DNA from: Trichoplax adhaerens
Lineage: Eukaryota; Animalia; Placozoa
DNA length: 64,000 nucleotides
NCBI RefSeq assembly: GCF_000150275.1
Contig: NW_002060971.1
Location: forward strand, 413,212-477,211
Reading direction: 5' to 3'
A program made the translations under genes and the position numbers. The first letter of the stretch is position 1. The number at the start of each line of letters is the position of its first letter. A model generated the notes under the pieces. It made no database searches, was not told the DNA's origin, and saw nothing but the letters and a program-made list of their open reading frames with translations. Shown in pieces: positions 40,401-52,400 of this stretch.

Positions 40401-43400
40401 TCTTGTATTTCCAATTTGGTTTATAACTACGGTAGAGCACAATGTAATAACGACTGATTTAAGATTTTAAGCCTGGTAATTCTAAAATAAAAGCTTATGA
40501 CTATTTTAAAGTACTTTTACTAACAATACGAATATAACTGTAACAATCTTTAATAAGTAGTCTAAAACTTTAAAAAGATCTCATCCAACCGTGACAGATT
40601 TTTCCATTGCCAGCAAAACCATTTCTGCAGCTGCAAGTATAGGAACCGTTGTTGTTAATACAGTTGGCAAATTTGTGGCAGTTGTGCTGATTCTTGGCAC
40701 ACTCATCGATATCTGAATACAATATGTCGAAAAGATTTTAGAGACTATCTCTAATATATTCCATTTCGACAAAAACTATCACAATCGCTTGTATTTTTAG
40801 GACTTTTGCTGTTCCTATTGAAAGTAACTTACCAACACAAGTTTTATTTTTCTGTTGATAGCCATGCTTGCAATTACAATGATAGGAACCAACTGTATTG
40901 ATACAATTTTGAGTCTGACTATTGCACGCGTTAGCATTGCTGTGGCATTCATTGATATCTAAGCACAAATTGTTGAAGTACAAAAGCAATTAGGGCTGTA
41001 TCTGGATCAATATTAGGTATTGATCGTTAGTATATCAATTTGCAAGACTTCCTACCATGACAGGTTTTACCGTTACCAGTAAAACCAGGACGACATTGGC
41101 ATTGGAATGATCCCATAGTATTAGTACACTTTGCATGGGCATGACAATTATGACTGTTTCTGGCACATTCGTCGATATCTGCAATGGCAGCAGCAAATCT
41201 TGAATTATCTAGTTTTTAAGAACAGTTATATGCCTATTTTCTATTAATATAACTTACCTTTACAAAGACCTTGGTGCATGTAGTAACCGGGCTTACATCG
41301 ACATATAAAAGACCCAGGAGTGTTAGTACATATTGAATTCGCGGAGCAAGAATTGGGATTTAAGCATTCATTAATATCTGTTAAAAAGAGATACATCAAA
41401 AGAATATGATCGAGTTAACCATCCCAGAAAATGATTTTAATCATTAATCCCGCTAAGTTATCAACCTGTGCAATTGGATTTGCCATTGCCAACATAGCCT
41501 GGTTTACATCTGCAATTGTAGCTACCCTGTGTATTTTCGCAGACACCATGGAGATGACAGTGATGGAGAACACTTTTTGAACATTCGTTTATATCTAAAT
41601 TTAATAAATTTATAATTTTCTTATCATAAAATATTGTTGAAACTAACTGCTGTTACTCTCGAATATTATCTTATCCTGTGAGGATGATGGCTGATAGTTG
41701 CATAATAATATCAAATATTATCTTCGCAAGTAGATAGAATAAATTAAATACAGCTACTTCTATAGATGAAACTTTAAACCAATAATATCCGATATATATT
41801 TTACTAGTAATACCTGTACAGGTTCTTCCATTTCCAGTAAATCCAGCCTTACAATTACATCTGTAGCTTCCGACAGTGTTGGTGCATATAGCATTGGAAT
41901 GGCAGTTGTCTTTATTTTCAGCACACTCATCAATATCTAGTTGTATCCATAAAACACAAATATTTTAAAACGTATTATATGGTTAAGGGAAGAATTTTGA
42001 AGAAAGTAAATGTCTTGACGATCTTAGCTTACCATTGCAAGTTGTTTTGCCGTTGCCACGGTATCCATTGCGACAGATGCATGCATAAGAACCGGCTTGG
42101 TTTTGGCAATACGCCATAGCATGACAAGAATGAGTGCTTGCTTTTTGACATTCATTGATATCTATACGTAATAGCGTTTAAGAAAAATTCTTAGTTTATT
42201 AGTTTGATTTTTGCGATTGTTATTAGTTTATACTATACCTTTGCAGCTTCTTACACCGTATTTTATATAGCCTGGCTTGCACTGACATGTATAAGAGCCT
42301 TTAGTATTCACACAGATCGAGGTATCGTTGTTGCAATCATTCTTTCCTTTACATTCGTCAATGTCTAAATGAAGAAGAAATTATCAAGCATCGTTTCAAA
42401 TTTAGATCAGAAAATAAAGCAATTATACTGTAAATCATCTCTGCTGTTATGATTTTCCTTATTAAATTGTCATACAATATGTATTAAATGTTTGCGTTAT
42501 TTCTTCGTAATTCTAACCGTTGCAGTTAATCCCATTTCCAGTGTAGCCTTTGCTGCAGTGGCATTGGAATGAACCTTGAGTATTTGAACAGTCGGCATAC
42601 TTATGACAGTTATGATTGCCAGTAACGCATTCGTTGATATCTAAGATTTAAATTTAATTACCCATACGGTATCATAAAACAACATAATTCATAACTTGGA
42701 GTATTTTACGTTGTGTAATAGTTACTGCACAATTATTGAATGATCACAAGGTACCTTGACATCGTTTTCCATCTCCTTTGAAACCTTTTGGACATCTGCA
42801 ACTATGTGATCCAGGCGTATTTTCACAAATAGCATTAGCATGGCAGTGATGAGTTCCATTATTACATTCATTGATGTCTTAAGGTGAACAAAGCATCGAA
42901 ATTAATTAGGAATCTTACTAGAGGTTAGAAAGCAATTTTATGGATTTTACCAGTGCAGTGAAGTCCATCGCCTTGATAGCCATTTCGGCAGTAGCATTTT
43001 CGTTCATGATTACGGACGGTGCAATATCCTTTGTCATGACATTTAACTTGATTACAGACTACCTTGCCACTAGGTGTGCAAGTGCAGTTGTTTCGACAAC
43101 GTCGGTCAATCCATGATGTACCAACCTGTAGAAAAGGTTCAAAGATAGTGAAAGAAATTAAGCCTTTTTTGGTCAATTTAGTGAGGCAATAATAATATTT
43201 GTAATACTAAATTTTATCATTAAATCTATTCAGTATTGCTATCGATGCATCCAGATATGAGTACACCTACGAATATTTTGATTACGGGTATTTTAGAGTA
43301 TATTGTAAGCGAGCGCATAGTATGCTATTAGAACTGCTGCTAGATATTGTATAAATGCAGATTTTTAAAATTTAAATTACTGCTGTAATAGAATATCAGT

Positions 43401-46400
43401 ATTTTTAGACTGTATATGCACTATACAGTTATACATGCATTCTGAATCAACTAAGCACTTACGTCAATATAAGCACAGCCGACTTTACAACCACAGCGAT
43501 TAGATTTTATACATTTGTTGTTTTGGATAACCGTTCCTTTCGGACATTGACAACCTTCTGTACAAGTATCTTCATTCTCGTCACAATTAGGATTTGGATT
43601 GAAGCAGGTAGCAGGACAATTGGAAACACAGTTTGTAAACTGCATACCTTGAGGGCATTGCAAGGCTAGTAATGTACATAATATCCATTTAAGAAATGTT
43701 TAGTTCAATAGTTTAAAAAGCTCTCATAAGCAGACTATGGACATCATCATCCTTACGACATAAATTTGTTTTCCTCCATGATATCTTAATTCCGTTTTCA
43801 GCACAAGCAGTAGCATAGGTTTCAACAGCGGCACAGCGTACTGAATCCATATTGTCAGCATCCATACATACATCGTACATGCACGAGTCATAGTAGGTAC
43901 TAGGATCCAAAGTAGCATGACAAGGCTTAAAGATATCGCTGTTGATAACCTGTTATTGAAATGGCGTAACATATAATAATACTATTAAGCTTTAAAGGAA
44001 CTTATAAAATTTAGGAATGCATAATTTTAAGCGATATCTTTCTAAAAAATCTATAACATTATCGCTAAATGATTACAAATTGGTAGTGTATACTAGTGCA
44101 GAGTTTATAAATAATTTATTAACTTACACCACATGCTGTCTCTGCGCGTTTTTCAGTCGTTGGATCCTTATTGCAATCGTTAGGTACGTCAGATGGAGTA
44201 TCAAGGCATTCTGGAGCACTGTTATTGGACAACCAACTGTTTCCTACATCGTTATATGTTTTACCTAAGGATCCACCCTTCATTAAAAAGTCGTCTTTAG
44301 GATTGCCATTATAATTTCCGCATATACCGCAAACTTTATTTTGATAAGTGGCGGGTAAGTTGATCAATAGCTGATGATTACCGTTCCAGATAACCACCAA
44401 GCCATGTACAGTTTTTACTACTACTCTACCACCAATTAGATTAATGGATACATTCTGATTTGGATTAGCAGGTACATTGATTTTTTGGCCGTCAAGCAAG
44501 ACTACATTTTTGGGTAATAGTGCAATTTCCATGCCATCTACTAGGACAAATGCTGATTTGGTCCAAGTAACCTATTTTATTTGATAAATTACAAAATGTC
44601 AAAGTAAAATCTATAGGCAAAATGCAACGTAAAATTTCTTTACTAACTCGCTTATTGTTTCTACGATGCTCATTTTGGCCTTCTACAATAAATGCAGGAT
44701 TATCGACGCAGTCCTTTACTAAAACATATCGACAACCGCCTTGGAAATGAATCCAACGGTTATCGAATGTTCGATAATGAGGATCACCCATAGCTGTACA
44801 TTTGCCGTATTCTAATGAAAGGATTTGTAATATTCCGTAAATTCATGCTTAGTTACATTTAAAATTTATTATTGAAAATTTCTGTATCATATCTACTTGA
44901 AATTTAGCAACTATTATATCATACTTCCGCAAATAACGCCATTTCCGCTGTAACCTGGTCTACATCTGCATGAATACGAGCCCGGTGTATTAACGCACCT
45001 AGCATATTTACTGCACTTATGGCCTCTTGCAGCACATTCGTTAATATCTGCAATGTTATGACATACAATCGTTCTTTAATAGTTCAATATAAATTCTATT
45101 ACTACAGAATTTACTGTCTTACCAACGCATTGGGTTGCTGGACCGTTCCTAAATTGTCTACGTCTTGTAACTTCAGTATAACCTGGAAGACATACACATT
45201 TATAGGAGCCGATAGTATTGACGCAGCCAGTATTCTGAGGGCAATAACTTTTGGTAGCATTGCACTCATTAATATCTATTTTATAATTTTTTTGGAGACA
45301 AGTTAGGAGAAGAAAGCAAAAAATGAAATTAGTACAGGTTAATACATGCTGTATCTTTTATAATGAGGGAGCGGTTGGGTAAGCGCGATTTTCTAGCAGT
45401 GATGGCAGAATTTTATTGAATTTAGTCTCTTAGTATACTAAAGACACGACATTACTCCATTACCGGATATGACATTTATTTACCTACGCAGCGTCTACCA
45501 TTGCCAGTAAATCCTGGTTTGCAAGTGCAAGTTACTCCCGACCATGCATCACCGTGACATACTGCGTTTGGATCACAATCAGAAAAGCCAGCGGAACACT
45601 GATTATAGGCTATGGAATAAAGGGTAACATGTTAGAAATGTATAGCCATAGGAATTCATATGCTGCATATACCATTACTCGATCAGCTATTATCTCTACT
45701 TGAAAATTTTAATTTCTAATGTACAATAATTTCTTGCAATTTTTCCTCTTAGTGGATTGAATGCATTTAAAGTGATTGGTTACCATCATCAATCTAGCAG
45801 TTATTCATAATATTGTGAGGCTTCGCTGTTTTGCTTACGGAATTTTTTAGGGCCACAAATCAATGGTCCGAGGGCAAATTTAGCCAATTTTGTAGATCCG
45901 TCGACGTCGCTAAACTTGACTTTGGTAACAGGAAGAGAGTTTTTATTTTGTAGTAATCCAGCATCACTTCTCCATAATCTACCAGCACCACCATCGCAGT
46001 TACATAAACCAGTACTATTAATACATGCCCTGTTTTTACCACATGCACATTTATTATAGCCATCACTACCTCCCCATCCTAACTGCTTGATATTATTACT
46101 GTCAAACCAATAACCGAATGATTGACCGTTGGCAGCTTTCAATCGTGAATTTTTGCAGTCATATCGAATACCTAGAAATCAATCGAGTTATATAAGGCCT
46201 TAAAGATATATTTAATCTTTAGTAACGTTATGGCTGATTACCTTGTAAGCAGTGGCTTTGAGTTTTAATTAAGGCCTTTAATTGGGCTATTGATGCACCG
46301 TGATATGAAATAGCGCGTGTATAATAACCATCGGAACCCTTTGAGCCAACTGCGTTATCCCCTGGACTATTATGATTGATTATAGTCAGAGCAATTCCAA

Positions 46401-49400
46401 ATCTTCTGTTTTCAAGATCGCAATGAACTGGGAAAGGAGCTACACCACCAGGACCATCTATAAATTGGTGTGATGTTAAGTTAGTAAAATGATCATATTA
46501 TATTTATTTTTGTGATAATGTTAGATATATAAGTACTACTAGGCCATTAAGCAAACGATTGCTGCTATCGATTTTAATTGGAGCAGAGTGTTTATATGCT
46601 TTACAGGAAGGTTTTACTTATAAAATTTCTTGATAGACGCTATTGGTATTAAACAAGAAACTATTAACTAATTCAGAGTATTATCTGAATATAATTGCGG
46701 CTGTAATACTACCTTTGTTTTGTTTAGTTTTTTGATCTTGAATATATCAATTAGTCAATAACACAGTCGTTTATATAACTATAATTAGCACTAGCTACTC
46801 TAAAAGTTCGATTGCATCCTTTGATATATCAATACTTGATTCATAATTATGTATCTATACCTGGATCGATTGTATAGGTACCACTATGGGCGTCATTATC
46901 TTTACAAAGGACATCGTAGCAGTTCTTGGGTAAACCTAAGACAGTGTAGATACATAAAGCATATCTTGTGAAGCTGAGACCAATTGGAATTAGTGAAATC
47001 ATGCAAAGTACGTTAAGTTTAAATTTAATTTAAAATCTCATAATTACCAAATACACGAGAGGAACATTCGACTGGCCCAATTTCGAAGACTCCTCTACTA
47101 CTGTGCCTTAAACCTCCAAATCGTACTCGTGCAAGAGGTAATGACTGTCGATCGAAAATATAACCACCATCCCATCGTGTTTTGCCATCTAAAACATCGC
47201 AGTTGCATAGCTTATTGCTGCCAGCACATGTTTGAGTTTTACTACAACCACACTGATATCCTCCTTGTGCACCTCCCCAGAAACTCATGGCTTTATGTGA
47301 TCGAGATACTAAGTAACTATACCTATAAGTGAGGATTGTGTTTCCATGCGATAAGAAATGAAGAAATGTTACATAAAGACGTTATGCTGGGCAGCTAATA
47401 AAATCTTACGTAAAGGATTGAATATAATAATACCTGGGTTTGTTACTATAAAGTAAGGGTGCGTATCTGCATTCATAAGAAACCCATTGCTTACAGAATT
47501 GGGACGCATTTACGAGTGCTACGGCTTGAGAAAATGAAGCATATTTATAATAAAACGAAGGACCATAGGATCCAGGAGCTCGGGCAGAATTAGGAACGCC
47601 CTATATAGTAGATACACAAGCAACCAAGATATAATTTTAAAATTAATAATTTGTAGCTGAACATTAGAATGATTATTATTGTAGAAAAAGTGTTTAACCT
47701 TAGGGCCATTAATATTGTGATTAAGGATGGTTACGCCAATATCTTTATACGTTTGGACGTCGCAATATGCTTTAAACGGTTTTAGCGATCGTGGACCATC
47801 TAATTTGATATTCATATTAAAGATATTAATTTTCACTGGATACGATAATAAACTCAATTGCTTTCTTATGCAAACATGACAGTAATTCCTAAAGTTATAG
47901 TATATAGGTTATTGTTTGCAAATTACCAGAATCTAACGTATAGAAACCATTTGATCGGGCAACACCGGCAGCTTTTAAATCGTTACATGTTGGATGGATA
48001 GCTGTTGGGATAAACACAAATATTAAAATTTTTACGGATTATTGAAAGACCAAAATTAAGAGTATGCACTTGATGAGTATAAATTCATAGAACTAAAATT
48101 GACATACAAAAGCAGCGAAGTTTCTCAATATTGTATAAACTGTAAGAGTTTGATCCTAGATTTCGAAACTTTAATCCCATAACTGGTAAGTTATTTTTAT
48201 CAAGTAAATCTCCTAAATCGGAACGGAATCGACCATCCATAGTATCACAATTACATAGCCTATTTTTACCACCAGCGCATGATTTCGTTTTTGAACAGCT
48301 GCAACCAACGCCTCCATCAACGCCACCCCAGTGTCGTACATCTAAGACAAAATTTATCAACAATCAAGAATAATAAATCTCAACTTTATGTTATTCAATA
48401 GATAGAGTAAGACCTACAAGTTAACTAAAAGTATTATGCATACTCATATAATTAGTTGTAATTATCAGCTGAAGCTAGACCTCAAAAACTAGTGCAAATT
48501 AAAAGGTTCCATTACAGTCAAGTGAGTTTTGTACTATATTTGACAAATCAGTTGGGCAGCAATAACTGTCTAATAGAAGCAAACCTTTGTCGTTGGAAGA
48601 AATCCATGATAATGAAATTTCGTTATTAGCAAAGATTGGAGCATTCTTACACTTATAAATCACATGTTGAGTACAGTATGTTGAAGACTTTGTTAAGGAT
48701 TTTAACTGATCCAAGTCCACATTTGTATAATTGAAGCGAACAGTTTTGGATCTTGCATTGGCTGGGGGTGAATTCTGAACGGAATTGCTACCCAATTTAT
48801 CATGGCCAATTTCTGTAACTCCATAAGCTGGATCTGTATTCATATCGCAATATGCAGGGAAGGGCTTTACAGGTCCATATCCGTCCTATAAAATATGACT
48901 ATCATGATCAAGATTTGCTACGGCATGACTCAGATCATACTTTTACGCGCAAATTCTATGCATTCTTGTATTAATACCTTTATGAATAGTATCATAAGCT
49001 AGAACTAATACAGAATTTCCGTTCTTTAACCAACTTATTATAAGTAATAATGACATGATATGATTTAGACATGATAGCACCTACCGGATCAATAATATAA
49101 GGATTACTGACTGTAACTCCTCGAATACGTCGAATATCATCACAATTTTTAGCAATTTCTAAAATTTTCATATGTAAATTTATCATAAGATTAGTCATAC
49201 ATAATTAAAATTTTTTGGCAGTTAACGGTATTGTTATTCATCATAAGCTGCAACATATCATAATTGAAATATGGTTGGGATGCTTTAGCCTATACAACAG
49301 CAACTGCAGATTACAATGTTTCTCATTTAGCGTACAGAGAAATTTTACTACTAATAGCATTACATGAACAATAACAGATTCGAAACCTGATCGTGATAGA

Positions 49401-52400
49401 GTCATTTAAGTCAGCTGAAATAGTTCTACAGTATACTTTTGGGCTTTCAAAATTTCTATACACAAGCTGTACACATCCTTTTTATAGGAATACCACTAGA
49501 AAGGAATCTAAGTCATATAACTGTTTCTAGAAAGGAAGTTATCAAACTTTAATACGGTCATGCTACAATGATCTCTTTTATGAAAGCTCTTTGCTGCTGA
49601 CACAGTACAATAGTGTTTGGTCTTCTAAAAGCTCGCTTTAATTAAAGAATGGATTATTACTTGAAGGGATTAAGTAAACCTGCAGTATATGTTGCAATCT
49701 GTTACTATAGTATCAGTTATATGATTAACCTATTTTCATATCGACTGTTTGTAATATCGATTTAGTGATATTACCATTGGAGGAATTCATGATTTAACCG
49801 ATACTAGTGCAAATCCTACAATAGCGATTATGTTAAGATTATCGAAAAAGTTACCATAAGCATATGTTGAGCAGCGTAAGGGTCCAAGAAAGAAACGAGC
49901 TCGCATGGATGCCGAATTTCCTCCCATTTTCATTTCTGTGACAGGTAAATACCTTTTATCAATGATTGGACCGAAATCTGTTCTAAGTACGTTGTCTGCT
50001 TTATCGCAATTGCATTTAGCATTCGGGCCTCCGACACAAGTACCGCTCATTCCACATAAGCAACCTGTCCAACCGTCACTGCCACCCCAGTAATTCATGT
50101 TAACACCTTGGCGAGATACCCAATAACTCATTAAATTACCAGAATTATCGGTCAATCTAGCATGCCTACATTGGTATTTGACTTCTTGGATACAAGATTG
50201 AGATACGTCGATCAGCTGCTTTAGCTGATCCAAGTCAGCATGTTGATACTCAACAGGGGATTTATGAGCATCAGGTCTGTTTAATCGATGAAGTGGCACA
50301 CCAGCAGCAGGAATATTGTGTTGAATCACGGTTGTAAATCCATCGCATCGTGCATAAAACTAAATTATTGAACAAGCAGAAGAAAATAATCATTATGCAA
50401 TCACAGTGCAAAGTAAAGTATTACTTTGATTCTAGAATTTACCGGTTTTAGATCACCAATACCATCAGGATCGATCGTGGTTAATGAAGAGCTACCTTTA
50501 CGTTTAGCGCCGGGAATATAAGCGCATGCAGCATATATATCTATAAACATATTTCAAAGTACTCATTAGGTTTTGCTACCGTAAATATTCGTATGTTTAC
50601 TTTAATCGTCGATCCAAAGTGACTGTAATACTATGATCACTCTGATAAGCTTGATTATAAAGGTGCATGCAGGTTATATATATCTGTAATAATATTTTTA
50701 CGTATTCATTAGATGTCTGTACCGTAAATAGAATATTTGACAAGACATCTTCATTTTCATTAACATGATTCTACCTTTGCGTAGGATTGTTAGGATCTTA
50801 TTAAATTTAATACCTGAGCAAATCAATCGGCCAACTCGAACAGCTTTATATTGATTTCCTGATATACCCTCGACTTCTATTCCTTTAATTGGAAGCCTCC
50901 TTCGATCTTTAACGATTCCTTTATCACGGCGTAAAACATTGTCGCCTTTATCACAATTGCAGCCAAAGTTTTTACCACCGCTACATTTGCCATCAACACC
51001 ACAGTCACTTTTAAAATCCTGCCGTGAATTTCCCCAATAGTTCATTTTATTACCATTTCTGTCAAGCCACCAGACGCTGCTTTGACGTCTACCAGCTTTG
51101 ACATACATGGGAGCTTTTTGACAATCGTAGACTAATTCTTGGCCACAAGCTGCTGATACTTCGACTAATTTGACTGCTTGACTATAGCTTACACGATAAT
51201 CTATCGAATGTACATATCGAGAGTTGTTCACTGGGACTGAGTCTTGTTTCGTATGAGTTAGAATGGTTAAAGCATAGTCAGGATCAACATGCATTTCGCA
51301 CCGAACATAGAACGGCTGAGAATTGCCTATTTCATCATCGAGCAAAATGATACAAGAATTTATGAAACAGGTACTTTAAGAGCTGATGAATAAAAATTGA
51401 GCTGCAAAGACTTACCATCAGGGCCATCAGGGTCAATAAGGTAAGTTCCACTATATCTATGTCCAGCATCAAAAGCCTCTTGGCAGGTTCTTGGTATACC
51501 TTTATAGTTTATGCAAGATGATTTAATAAATCAAGTTTACTTAGAGGCATGCTACGTTGAGAAAAATGTACTCTATAGAGCAACCAAATATATGAGCTAA
51601 CGAGATAAACGGAAGCCACAAATTACTGATTGTACTTTACAGTTAATTATGATATATTCTTAACTGAATGGATTCTAACATACCAAATTGACGTGATGAA
51701 CACTTTAGCGAGCCAAGTGTAAAGTTAGCGGCACTATTTGATTTTACCATGGAATTAAATCTAACAATTTTAACTGGTAAATTATCCTTGTCAGTAATTA
51801 GTCCACCATCTCGGCGTCTTTTACCATCTTCAAGATCGCAATCGCATACTTGGTTTGGTCCACCAGCACATACTTTGCTGTAGCCGCATGGACAACCTTT
51901 ATAGAATTTGGTTATACTATTGCCCCAAGTATCGACCTTCTCTCCTTTTGGTGAAACCCAAAAAGTTCTTGAACGAGTTCCTTTAAATAATGGCGCGTTA
52001 ACGCATTCAAAATTGATATATTGCGAGCAAAATCCGGACACTTTAGTTAAGGCAGTCAGCTGAGGCCAATCGACTCCATTATATCGTACATCTTGATTAT
52101 ACGAATCTTCTTTGCCAGAGCGGAGCCGAATCACTTCCGCTAAATCATGTCTAATCTCTGTTATCCCTAGGCCTTTTATGGTATCAAAGTCGCAATAGAC
52201 AGTAAATGGCTCAACACCACCTGAACCTGTGAATAGTATATTTAGAACAGTAGTATATCATCAGAAAGAAAGTATAGCTTCAATCCATAATTTCAGAGCA
52301 GCTTTTAATAGTTACGTACCGTCTGGATCAATAATATAAGATCCACTTTTAGAATTTGGATTGCGTTGTCTAATTGCTTCACAATCTCTAAATATTCCTA

